Positions 37,114-47,860 of a stretch of 64,000 nt of DNA are shown here, in pieces (positions within the stretch are counted from its first letter, which is position 1; each line of letters opens with the position of its first letter). Location: positions 1,738 through 65,737 of the forward strand of contig CATDIL010000004.1 in NCBI GenBank assembly GCA_949517355.1. The letters are read 5' to 3'. Made by a program: the position numbers and the translations under genes. The stretch is from an uncultured Mycoplasmatota bacterium. Lineage in GTDB: Bacteria > Bacillota_I > Bacilli_A > Mycoplasmatales > Mycoplasmoidaceae. Under the pieces are notes generated by a model that saw only the letters and a program-made list of their open reading frames with translations, searched no databases and had not been told where the DNA came from.

Positions 37114-37988
37114 TGAGAAAAACTGTAAATATTAAACAAATGGTTAAAGATGCTGCTATGGGTCATTATGCTATAGCTCACATTAACATTAATAACCTTG
37201 AATGAATTAAAGGTGCTTTATCAGCTGCAAAAGAAACTAACACTCCTATTATTTTAGGTGTATCTGAAGGTGCAGCTAAATATATGTGTGGTTTTAAAAA
37301 CATCGTTGATATGGTAAACAACATGATTGTATCAATGGGAGTTACACAACCAGTTGCATTACATTTAGATCATGGATCATATGAAGGTGCTATGGCAGCA
37401 TTAAAAGCTGGATTTAGTTCAGTAATGTTTGATGGTTCACACTTACCATTTGATCAAAACATTGCTAAACTTAAAAAAGTTCTTGCTTATGCTATGATTA
37501 AAAATGCATCTGTAGAAGCAGAAGTTGGATCAATTGGCGGACAAGAAGATGGTGTTGTAGGTAATGGTGAATTAGCTGATGTTAATCAATGTGAAACAAT
37601 TGCTAAACTTTCTATTTCATGTTTAGCTGCTGGTATTGGTAACATTCATGGTATTTATCCTAAAAACTGAAAAGGTTTAAATTTTAAACGTTTAAGTGAA
37701 ATTACAAGAGTATGTAATAACAAACCACTTGTATTACATGGTGGAACAGGAATTCCAACTGATCAAATTAAACAAGCTATTTCTTTAGGTGTAGCTAAAA
37801 TTAATGTAAATACTGAATGCCAATTGGCATTTGCTGCTGCTACAAGAAAATACATTGAAGAAAAGAAAGATTTAGATACTAACGCTAAAGGATTTGATCC
37901 TCGTAAATTATTGAAACCAGGTACTGAAGCAATCAAAAACATGGTTATCGAAAAATTTGAAATCTTTGGTTGCAAAGGAAAGGCTTAA
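37113..37988 (+). CDS. fba: Class II fructose-bisphosphate aldolase
   Basis: ATG at 37113 overlaps the rpoE stop and is in frame with ORF 37284..37670. HLDHG, GNIHG and LVLHGG.G motifs are present. Confidence 0.95.
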
Positions 37989-37993
37989 GACAT

Positions 37994-38022
37994 AAAAAAT
38001 CAAGCGGAATGCTTGATTTTTT
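37994..38022 (+). terminator. Rho-independent terminator after fba
   Basis: AAAAAATCAAGC-ggaat-GCTTGATTTTTT is a perfect stem followed by a T-run. Confidence 0.85.
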
Positions 38023-38057
38023 ATTTGCAAATAAATGTTCGTTATGTTTTGAATAAG

Positions 38058-38711
38058 TTATTTACCAACTTCTCAACTTTCTGGTAATGAACGACTGCTT
38101 TGTTTTAAATAATTAAGTAATGCTTGGCTATCATTACCACCTACTGGATTAGTTACTTTAAGTATTAATGGGCGATCAGTAACACTAGTGCCAGCAGATA
38201 AAAACGCTTCTTGCAAAACTGTTGTTTTAGATGGACCTTGTCATCCGTCCCATACAATACTACTCAACATCATTAAACTTTTAAAACCGTTACTTTTAAT
38301 TTCAGTTAATTTGTTTGGTAAACTCAAAGAAGTAATGGATGTGTTGTTGATAAAAGCACGATAACCAACAGAAACACAATTAGAATTTTTTGTAAATTTT
38401 ATATGTGAAATAAATGAAGGAATTGTAGTTGCTGAAGCATTTTCAAAAGCACTTTCACCAATGCTTGTTATTCTATCTGGAATTAATATAGTATCATATT
38501 CACTATATGCAGTTTGATTGTCTAAAAAATCTTGACTAAAACCTTTTAAAATACTGTTTGTTTCATCTATATCATAAACTTCTTCTGGTAATGCATTAAT
38601 TTCTTCTTCCGATGAAGAAGAACCACAACTTGTAGTTGCAAATGGAATTGATGTAGCAATTGCAACTCCAGATGCAATGCATAAAATTGATTTTAGTAAT
38701 TTCTTATTCAT
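38058..38711 (-). CDS. Lipoprotein with BspA-type leucine-rich-repeat-like region
   Basis: The signal peptide plus lipobox is MNKKLLKSILCIASGVAIATSIPFATTS-C. ORF 38241..38711 extends through TGA to TAA at 38060..38058. The IGESAF...ITSLSLPNKLTEI pattern is present. Confidence 0.8.
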
Positions 38712-38815
38712 ATTTTTCTCCTTCTTTCTTAATATTATATACGTTTTTTTGCAACAAAAAAGTTAAAATTTGTGAACATTCATATATTTTTTAAATTAAT
38801 TTTATAATATAAACT

Positions 38816-39919
38816 ATGGCATTATCTGCTGGAATAGTAGGATTACCAAATGTAGGTAAATCAACTTTATTTAATACAATAACTAATTTGCAAGTGGAAG
38901 CAGCGAATTATCCCTTTGCTACTATTAATCCAAATGTAGGTATTGTTAAGGTTCCTGATGAAAGACTAGAAAAATTAGGTGCAATTATCAACCCTGATAA
39001 ACTAACACATGCAATCTGTACTTTTGTTGATATTGCTGGTCTAGTTAAAGGCGCATCAAAAGGTGAAGGCTTAGGCAACCAGTTTTTATCTAACATTAGA
39101 GAAGTTGATGCTATTTGCCATGTAGTCAGATGTTTTGATGATAAAAACATTAATCACGTATACGACTCAGTTGATCCAATAAGAGACACGGAAGTTATTA
39201 ATTTAGAATTAATTCTTGCTGATTTACAAACATTAGAAAAAAGATTTACTCACATTGTAGCTAAATCAAAATCTGGTGATAAACAAGCAGCTATTGAAGA
39301 ATCTGCTGTTAGAAAAGTTTTAGAAGCACTTAAAGCAAATAAATTTGCCAAAACTGTTGAATTAACAGATGAAGAAAAGAAATTTATTAAAAACTATAAT
39401 TTATTAACTATTAAACCTGTTTTATATATTGCTAATGTAAATGAATCAGATATTAATAATCCTGAAGCAAATCCACATTATTTAAAATTAAAAAATAAAA
39501 TAGCTGAAATAGATAATTCATTAATTATTCCTATATCAGTTAGTCTAGAGTACGAAATATCAAGACTAACAGGAGAAGACAAAAAAATGTTTATGGAAGA
39601 CATGAATATTAAAACTCCTGGTCTAGACAGATTAATTCAAGCTACATATAAATTATTAAATTTAAGAACTTTCTTTACTTTTGGTAAATCAGAAACAAGA
39701 GCATGAACCTTTACTAATGGTATGACTGCTCCAGAATGTGCAGGAGTAATTCATTCAGATTTTCAAAGAGGTTTTATTAAAGCTGAAATTTATGATTGTA
39801 ATGATATGTTTGAATACAAATCAGAAACGGTTTTAAGAGAAAAAGGAAAAATTAGAATGGAAGGCAAAGAATACGTTATGAAAGACGGAGATGTTTGCCT
39901 ATTCAAATTTAATGTTTAA
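38816..39919 (+). CDS. ychF: Ribosome-binding ATPase YchF
   Basis: ORFs 38816..39706 and 39722..39919 share a frame via TGA. GIVGLPNVGKSTLFN is present. Confidence 0.95.
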
Positions 39920-39965
39920 TTTCTGATAAAATTAAGTTTTTTATTTAAATATTAAATAAAATATT

Positions 39966-41270
39966 ATGGGGAGACTATCAATGACTAAAAAAAATATTAA
40001 AAAACAGTGTTTATTACTTATTGGTTCTCAATATGGAGACGAAGGTAAGGGAAAATTTGTAGATATTTTGTCAGAAGGATATGACTACATAGTTAGATTC
40101 CAAGGTGGTGACAATGCAGGTCACTCAATTGTTATAGGTGGCAAGAAATACAAACTAAGATTAATTCCATCTGGAATTTTTAAAAAAGATAAAAAAGTAG
40201 TTATTGGTCATGGTGTAGTTGTTAACCCTAAGACTTTATTAAATGAAATTGAATATTTAAAACAAAATGGTTTCTCTGTAAAAGGTAGGTTGTTTGTAGC
40301 TGACCGTGCCCATGTTATTTTAGATTACCATAGACAAATCGATAAATACCAAGAAGACTTAAAAGGAGATCAAAAAGTAGGAACTACTTTATGTGGTATT
40401 GGTCCTTGTTATTCAGATAAGATTCAACGTGTTGGTATAAGAATTGCCGATTTATTAAATAAAAAAGAATTAGAAAATAAAATTACATTATCTTTTAAGA
40501 CGAAAGTTGATTTATTACCTAAATTAGGATACAAAATCTCTGATGCTAAGAAAATAGCAGAAGAATATTACAAAATAGGTCTAAAAATTAAACCTTACAT
40601 TTCAAACACAATTGATTTATTAAATGATGCATATAGAGCAGGTAAGAAAATTTTATTTGAAGGAGCACAAGGCTCTTTCTTAGATATTGATATGGGTACA
40701 TATCCATACGTTACTTCTTCATCTACTATTGCTGGTGTATCAAGTGGTAGTGGTATTAGTTTAACTAAAGTTAATGATGTATTAGGTATTGTTAAAGCGT
40801 ATACATCAAGAGTTGGCGAAGGACCTTTTGTTTGTGAAATTTTTGGTCCAATAGCAAAGAAAATAAGAGACGCTGGTGGCGAATATGGAACAGTAACTAA
40901 ACGTCCAAGAAGAATTGGATGATTAGATCTAGTGATGTTAAGATATGCAGTTAACGTTGTAGGTATTACTGAAATTGCTTTAACATTAGTGGATGTATTA
41001 TCTGGATTAAAAGAAATTAAGGTATGTGTTGGTTATAAATACAAAGGTAAAACTATCAATGAAATTTTACCAGACAACACTGAATATGCTAAATGTAAAC
41101 CTATTTATAAAACATTTAAAGGTTGAAAAGAAGATATTAGCAAGATTAAGAAATATGCAGATCTTCCCGCTAATTGCAAAAAATATGTTGAATATATTTC
41201 TAAAGTAGTTGAAACTCCTATTGCATTTGTTTCAGTAGGTAATGATAGAACTCAAACAATATTAAAATAG
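39966..41270 (+). CDS. purA: Adenylosuccinate synthetase
   Basis: ORFs 39966..40922 and 40932..41126 share a frame via TGA, ending in TAG at 41268. GSQYGDEGKGK, GGDNAGH and TKRPRR.GW motifs are present. The true start may be the second Met, at 39981. Confidence 0.93.
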
Positions 41271-41271
41271 T

Positions 41272-41886
41272 ATGGCTAAATCTAACGCATTTACAAGAAA
41301 AGGATGAATTGAAGTTATCTGCGGACCAATGTTTGCAGGTAAGTCTGAAGAACTTTTAAGAAAAATTAACAGGCTTAAATACGCTGAAGTTGATTATTTG
41401 GTTTTTAAACCAACAGTTGACACACGTAGTAAGAAATCTGTTGAGTCAAGAGACGGAAGAAAACTTGCTGCTATTGAAGTTGCTACTTCTATGGATATCA
41501 TTAAGCAAATTAATAAAGCAAAACCGATTCCACAAGTTATTGCAATTGATGAAATTCAATTTTTTGATGATGATTTACCAAAAGTATGTAATTTTTTAGC
41601 AGATAATGGAATAAATATTTATGCCGCAGGTTTGGATACAGACTTTAGAGGTGTTCCTTTTAAAAACACTGCTAGTTTGTTAGCTACTGCTGAAAACGTT
41701 GTTAAATTAACAGCAATTTGTACTGAATGTGGGGCACCAGCTACTAGAACTCAAAAATTAATTAATGGAAAGCCTGCTTCTTACAACTCTCCAAGAATTG
41801 TTGTGGGCAATGTAGAAACATATACGGCAAGATGTCGTAAACACCACGTTGTTAAAGATAAACCAGATTTTTCTTTTAAAGATTAA
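41272..41886 (+). CDS. tdk: Thymidine kinase
   Basis: ATG at 41272 is in frame with ORF 41329..41886 via TGA. GPMFAGKSEEL is present, along with the C-terminal zinc ribbon C.ECG...CRKHH. Confidence 0.93.
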
Positions 41887-41889
41887 TTT

Positions 41890-42354
41890 TTAATCAATTA
41901 ATTGAATTTTGTTATTAGGGTATGAGTTATCCTGCTTTTTAAATGCAGTCAAACCAACAACGCATAAACAACCAATTTGGATTGCTAACATTGCGAAAAA
42001 CGATATAAAACCAAACAAATTAAATGTTGAATAAAAAGGGAAATATAAAGAACCAAAAATTAATATGCATAAAATCACTAAAAATGATGAAAATAAAAAC
42101 CAGAAGAATTTTTTATCTTTTTCTACAGAAGACATTTTTTTGTTTGTAACTATAAATTTTTTAGCACCATTAAATATAAAAACTTTTATAAAAGCAAATA
42201 AATATATGTAAGGCATTAATGGAGATAAAATTATTGAAAAGAAAGGAATAATAAAATACTTTCTTCTTCTTAACAATAAAAAGATTGAGACTATAAATGT
42301 TCCTACATATCCAGTGATGTATCCAAAAACGCACATACAACTTGTAAGAACCAC
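41890..42354 (-). CDS. Small hypothetical membrane protein (about 4 TM segments)
   Basis: 154-codon ORF with a GTG start in the track. It is hydrophobic and has no recognisable motif. AT-rich DNA readily produces F/I/L/K-rich ORFs, so I give this only moderate confidence. Confidence 0.45.
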   Translation of the reverse strand: MVLTSCMCVFGYITGYVGTFIVSIFLLLRRRKYFIIPFFSIILSPLMPYIYLFAFIKVFIFNGAKKFIVTNKKMSSVEKDKKFFWFLFSSFLVILCILIFGSLYFPFYSTFNLFGFISFFAMLAIQIGCLCVVGLTAFKKQDNSYPNNKIQLID

Positions 42355-42359
42355 ATAAT

Positions 42360-43015
42360 TTGATTAGAAAATATAATTGTTATTTTTCAATAATTTCAGG
42401 TAGTAAATTTGACCAAATTTACAACCAAATACTTAAATATTTTGATAAAGAATTATTCAACAATTTTATTATTTTTCCTTTATTGGGGGGGAGTTATACT
42501 CTTACAAGAACGGAAAATTTGTCAAGAATAAATTAGTAATTGATATTTCAAAGCACACATTTAATAAAGTTTCTAAAAGAATTAAGACATTAGCTTGTGA
42601 AAATAACATTTGATGTGAAAATCCTAATGGAGTAATTATTGAACATCGTGGTGTCCAAATTACGTATTCTGCTTTAGGTCAAAACGCTACTTATAAAGAC
42701 AAAAAAGAATGAAATGAAAAATACTCCAAGACTAAAAAGAAGTTAGCAAAACAAATTCAAAAAGAATTTCCTGATTTATCAGTTAAATTAGGTGGAATTA
42801 CAAGTATAGATATTAGTGATCCTAATATATCAAAAGAATTTGCAATTAAAACTTTATTAAAAAAATATAAATTGTCTAAATCAGAAGTTATGTTTTTTGG
42901 AGATAATTTTAAAAAGGATGGTAATGATTATCCAACAATTAAAACAGGAGTTAAAATTAAAAAAGTAAAATGTTGACAAGACACATATAAGATTTTGTCA
43001 CTATTACTCAATTAG
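42360..43015 (+). pseudogene. HAD-IIB (Cof/phosphomannomutase-like) hydrolase remnant: 5'-truncated and frameshifted at a G7 tract
   Basis: Upstream frame: ...YFSIISGSKFDQIYNQILKYFDKELFNNFIIFPLLGG. Downstream frame, one base out of register: GGELYSYKNGKF...VMFFGDNFKKDGNDYP...LLLN*. The two frames meet at GGGGGGG (42485..42491). There is no DxDGT motif I, and a TAA at 42345 closes the upstream frame. Confidence 0.7.
42485..42491. repeat. Homopolymeric G7 tract at the HAD frameshift
   Basis: tatt-ggggggg-agtt read directly. Confidence 0.95.
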
Positions 43016-43653
43016 AATTTAATTTTAGAAATTTTAATATTTAAATTCTTTTTAACAGAACACACAGCCATCATACTTTTTCCTATTTTTTTTGTACAAA
43101 AATAATACTCATTATTTAAATAAGAAGTTTCTCACTCTTTTTTAAATTGAATTGATGTTTTTTTGATCTTAGAGATTCCTAAATCTAAAATCTTTATTAA
43201 CGATTCTTTGCAACATCATATTTTGTAAAAAACATCAAAAGATTTTTCTTGTTTATTAACTAGTAAATTTTCTTCAACAGAAAATATGTTTTTTGAAATT
43301 TTATTAAAATCTGATTCAACAATAGTTTCAATATCACAACCAACCGGTTTGTTATCATAAGCTAATACTACCAAACCATTTGAATGAGAAATAGAAAAAT
43401 AAATTTTATTACTTTTTATAAAAGGTTTTTTATTTTGCTTTCTTACTAATTGATTTGCTGGTATTTTAAATTTATTTAAAATATTTGCAATTAATAAACT
43501 ACTAATTAGATATTCTTTTTGATTAATTTCGTTTTTGTAAGATTTAAATTGCTTTCAATTAATAATACTTTTTAAATCTTTTTCAAATCTTTTGTAATTA
43601 GAAAGATCAATGTCATTTGCATTGCAAAATAAAATGTTAATAGAATTACTCAT
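43012..43653 (-). CDS. 4'-phosphopantetheinyl transferase, Sfp-like size (213 aa)
   Basis: The ORF runs from ATG 43653 to TAA 43012 and is open with three TGA = Trp, so it is absent from the track. FSISHSNG, VGCDIE and W.CKESLIK motifs are present. Confidence 0.75.
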
Positions 43654-44528
43654 TATCTAATTTTCTTAATATATTTCATTACTTCTTTTGATATTTCAGG
43701 ATCTTTTAAAGCCATATCGATTGTAGCTTCCACATATCCTTGTTTAGAACCAATATCATATCTTTTGCCAGAGAAGTTATAAGCTGCAACTTTATGTTGT
43801 AAACAAAGTTTTTGAATAGCATCAGTTAATTGAATTTCTCCTGATTTATCAGCCTTTGTATTTTGTAGTGCTTGAAAAATATCTTTTGTCAATACATATC
43901 TACCTAATACTGCATATTGACTTGGTGCGTCTTCTTTTTTAGGTTTTTCTACAACAGATTTAACTTTAATAATTGAATTACTTATTTTTCCTTCTGGTTC
44001 AATAATTCCATATTTATGAACATTTTGTTTAGACACTTTTTGAACACCAACAATAGATTTACCAGTTTTTTCATAAGCTTCAATGCATTGAAGTAATGCA
44101 GGTTTTTTATTAGGTTTTGTGTACACAAAATCATCACCTAATAAAACAGCAAACGGTTCATTACCCATGAATACAGATGCTAATGAAATAGCATCTCCTA
44201 ATCCATTAGGTTCTTTTTGTCTAATAAAGTGAATATTTACTGAATTAGAGATTTTCTTAACCATTTTATATAAATTGATTTTATTTTTTTCTAATAATCT
44301 TTTTTCTAATTCATATGAAGTATCAAAATGATCAATAATAGAATTTTTAGATGAAGAAACAATTAATAAAATTTCTTTAATACCACTCTTAACAGCTTCA
44401 TTAACTATATGCTGAATTGTTGGAATGTTAACAATGGGTAACATTTCTTTTGGTAATGCTTTAGTAGCAGGAAGAAATCTTGTACCCATTCCAGCAGCTG
44501 GAATAACAGCCTTTATAATTTTTTTCAT
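43653..44528 (-). CDS. galU: UTP-glucose-1-phosphate uridylyltransferase
   Basis: Intact 291-aa ORF. KAVIPAAGMGTRFLPATKALPKEMLPIV is present. Confidence 0.95.
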   Translation of the reverse strand: MKKIIKAVIPAAGMGTRFLPATKALPKEMLPIVNIPTIQHIVNEAVKSGIKEILLIVSSSKNSIIDHFDTSYELEKRLLEKNKINLYKMVKKISNSVNIHFIRQKEPNGLGDAISLASVFMGNEPFAVLLGDDFVYTKPNKKPALLQCIEAYEKTGKSIVGVQKVSKQNVHKYGIIEPEGKISNSIIKVKSVVEKPKKEDAPSQYAVLGRYVLTKDIFQALQNTKADKSGEIQLTDAIQKLCLQHKVAAYNFSGKRYDIGSKQGYVEATIDMALKDPEISKEVMKYIKKIR

Positions 44529-44551
44529 ATCTTATATAAATATAGTATATT

Positions 44552-45142
44552 ATGAATAATAATATGGAAAAACTTTTAATAGTTGGATTAGGTAACTACC
44601 CACAACAATACAACTATACTAGACATAACGTTGGATTTATGGCAATTGATAAACTGACAAAAGAACTATCAATTGATTTAAACAACAAAAAATTTAATGG
44701 AATGTTTGGTTATAAGAATATTGGGAAATATTCTGTAATACTAGCAAAACCGTATACATTAATGAATCTATCTGGTGATTTTGTTCAACCATTAATGGAT
44801 TACTACAAGATAGATATTAATAATTTACTAGTGATTTGTGATGATATAGATACTCCATTTGGCTTTATTAGAGTTAAGAAAACAGGTAGTAGTGGCGGCC
44901 AAAACGGTTTAAAATCCATTATTAATAGATTAAATTCTCAGGATTTTAAAAGAATAAAAATTGGAATCGGTCGCCCAAATAACGGAATGTCTATGGCAGA
45001 TTATGTGTTATCTAAATTAAGTCGTAATCAATTAGAAAATTTAGACAAAATTAATAATGAAATCGTTAAGTTAGTCTTTAAGATAACAGAAGACGTTCCG
45101 TTTGATTCAATAATGAGCCAATTTAACAAAAAAATTGCTTAA
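44552..45142 (+). CDS. pth: Peptidyl-tRNA hydrolase
   Basis: Intact 196-aa ORF. LIVGLGN.....YTRHNVGF and GSSGGQNGLKSI motifs are present. Confidence 0.95.
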   Translation: MNNNMEKLLIVGLGNYPQQYNYTRHNVGFMAIDKLTKELSIDLNNKKFNGMFGYKNIGKYSVILAKPYTLMNLSGDFVQPLMDYYKIDINNLLVICDDIDTPFGFIRVKKTGSSGGQNGLKSIINRLNSQDFKRIKIGIGRPNNGMSMADYVLSKLSRNQLENLDKINNEIVKLVFKITEDVPFDSIMSQFNKKIA

Positions 45143-45147
45143 TATTT

Positions 45148-45187
45148 TGACCAACATTTTAATAAATTAAAATGTTGGTCATTTTTT
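45148..45187 (+). terminator. Rho-independent terminator after pth
   Basis: TGACCAACATTTTA-ataaat-TAAAATGTTGGTCA forms a perfect 14-bp stem followed by TTTTTT. Confidence 0.85.
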
Positions 45188-45246
45188 ATATATCTTTAAT
45201 TTTTAATATTATAATTGTTATACATTTTATAAGATAGAAAGCAATT

Positions 45247-47247
45247 ATGAAATACGTATTAAAAAGAGATGAAAGAAGAGTAAAATTTAATGAAGAAAAA
45301 ATTGAAAATGCTTTAATTAAAGCTGTTTCAGGGAGTGGAATTGATGTTCCATTTACTGAAATTATTAATGTTAAGAATTCAGTATTAGAAAGAATTAATG
45401 CGTTAAGAGATGAAGATGTAATTAGTGTTGAAGAAATTCAAAACTTAGTTGTTGAAACATTAAAAGACAATAAACATTCTGATTTAGCTCAATCATATGA
45501 TACATATAGACGTGAAAGAACAAGACAACGTGAAGTTAAGTCTGAAATCATGCAAACCATTCACAAGATTGGTGTTGAAACAGATCGTGATAATGCCAAT
45601 GTTGGTAATAACTTCTCTGCTAAATTATTACGTATTGCTTCAGAATCTAACAAATGACATATTTTATTATCTGTATTACCAAAAGAATTAGCACGTGCTC
45701 ATGAAGTTGGTGATTTATATATTCACGACTTAGATTCATATAACTTAACAGTTAACTGTTTGCATATTCCTACATCTAAGTTATTAAGAGAAGGATTTAA
45801 TACAGGTTATGGTACTATTAATCCACCTAAACATATTGAAGTTGCTGCAGAGTTATTATGTATTATTCTTCAATCAACTCAAAATGATATGTTTGGTGGA
45901 CAATCACATCCTAACTTTGATAACGACTTAGCTCCTTATGTTAAATTAACTAAAAATCAAATTAGAAAAGAATGTGAAGAAATTGGTGTGCCAACTGATA
46001 GATTAGACGAGGTAACTAACAAATTACTATTTAAAAAACTTCGTCAAGCTATGCAAGCTGTTGTTTTTAATTTAAACACAATGCATTCACGTGCAGGAAG
46101 TCAAGTTCCGTTTTCATCTATTAACATTGGTATTCCTAAAACTGATGAAGCAGCAATGGTTTGCCAAGCTTTCTTAGAAGAATACAACAAAGGTATGGGA
46201 CAAGGTGAACAACCAATCTTTCCTAACATTATTTTTAGAGTTAAAAAAGGTGTTAACCGTGAAACAACCGATCCATATTATTACTTATTCCAATTAGCTT
46301 GCCATGTAGCAGCTAACAGAATGAATCCTACATTCATGAATATTGATTCAGACTTCAACAAGAAATATTATGATATGGGTATTTTACCTGCGACTATGGG
46401 ATGTAGAACGTATTTATGTTCTAACATTAACGGTCAACCAGGCGTTGAAGGACGTGGAAACAATGCTCCTGCAACAATCAATTTAGTAAGACTTGGTATA
46501 AAAGCTAAAAAAGATATTAATAAGTTCTTTGAATTATTTGATAATATGATTGATCTTGCTGAAAAACAATTGTTACACAGATTTGAAGTTTTATGTAAAT
46601 TAAAAGTTAAAGATTTACCTTTTGTTGCTGGCCAACACTTAATGATGGGTAGTGAAAACTTGGGACCTAATGATTCAATTAAACCAATTATGTTAAATGG
46701 TACATGAGGTATTGGTTTCATTGGTCTTGCTGAAACATTAAAATTATTAACAGGTAAACACCACGGTGAATCTAAAGAATCACAAGAATTAGGAATTAAG
46801 ATCATTACTCACTTAAGAGAACGTTGTGATAAATTAACTCAAAAACACAAAATGAACTTTAGTTGTTATGCAACACCAGCTGAAGGATTATCAGGCAAAT
46901 TCACAGTATTAGATCAAAAGTTCTATGGAGACATTCCGTGAATTACAGATAAAAACTTCTATACTAATAGTTTCCATGTTCCAGTAGATTATCCTATTTC
47001 AATTGCTGAAAAATTAGCAATTGAAGCCCCATACCATGCATTATGTAATGCTGGACACATTTCATATGTTGAATTTGATAACTACCCAACTGGTGAACAA
47101 ATTGAAAAAGTTATTCGTTGAGCTTACTCAAATACTAACATTAACTATGTAGGTATCAATTTTCACATTCGTTATTGTAGAGAATGTGCTAGAAGAAGAA
47201 ATGCTGAACAAATAGCAAAGAGACAAAAGCAACTTTGCGACTGTTAA
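45247..47247 (+). CDS. nrdD: Anaerobic ribonucleoside-triphosphate reductase large chain, lacking the glycyl-radical C-terminal domain
   Basis: ORFs 45247..45657 and 45760..46707 share a frame via TGA and continue to TAA at 47245. There is an N-terminal ATP-cone (VLKRDERRVKFNEEKI) and an HDLDSY motif. The protein ends ...YCRECARRRNAEQIAKRQKQLCDC with no RxxGY motif. Confidence 0.9.
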
Positions 47248-47250
47248 GTT

Positions 47251-47760
47251 ATGGCTGACAAAATCAGATTAGCAGGAATAGCACAACAAAGCCTTGTTAA
47301 TGGTAAAGGCTTAAGAAAGGTTTACTTTTCTCAAGGGTGCACACATCATTGTAAAAATTGTTTTAATCCAGAAACATGGCCGTTTGTAGGTGGACAAGAA
47401 TTTGATATGGATGATTTATTACATAAATTATCTATTGAAACATATTTAGATGGAGTTACTTTTAGTGGTGGTGATCCATTTCAACAAGCAGACAAATTTG
47501 CTTACATGGCTGTTAAAATTCATCAAATGGGTTTTAACATTTGAAGTTATACAGGATATAAATTTGAAGAGTTATTAGAATTAGCTAAAACAGATAAGAA
47601 CATAGATATTATGTTACATAATATAGACGTTATAGTGGATGGCGAATTTGTTCAAGAATTATATGATGAACATTTAAAGTTTAGAGGATCATCAAATCAA
47701 AGAATTATTGATGTACCAAAAAGTTTAGAAACTAATTCAATAGTAATAATAGATTTTTAA
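47251..47760 (+). CDS. nrdG: Anaerobic RNR activating enzyme (radical SAM)
   Basis: ORF 47251..47544 extends via TGA to TAA at 47758. The CTHHCKNC cluster motif and GVTFSGGDP are present. Confidence 0.92.
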
Positions 47761-47800
47761 GAAATTCAATTTCATTAAAAAATTTTAGTGCATCAAATAC

Positions 47801-47849
47801 ACACTTAGTCTAAAAAGTGTTATACTAACATATGTAAAAATTAAAGGAG
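47801..47849 (+). promoter_or_regulatory. Extended -10 promoter, overlapping inverted repeat, and strong SD for the 66-aa ORF
   Basis: TG-t-TATACT is at 47818..47826. The inverted repeat ACACTT-n8-AAGTGT spans 47801..47820. AAAGGAG at 47843..47849 lies 11 nt before the ATG at 47861. Confidence 0.55.
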
Positions 47850-47860
47850 TAGAAAAAATA

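Noticed and set aside
46434-46805. 123-aa minus-strand ORF inside nrdD.
   Set aside because: It is antisense to a conserved catalytic region of nrdD.
47801-47820. Possible NrdR box upstream of the small nrd ORF.
   Set aside because: The inverted repeat is ACACTT-n8-AAGTGT, which does not match the spacing of the 16-bp NrdR-box palindrome as I remember it. I saw no second box, and none upstream of nrdD. I kept it only as a generic operator candidate.
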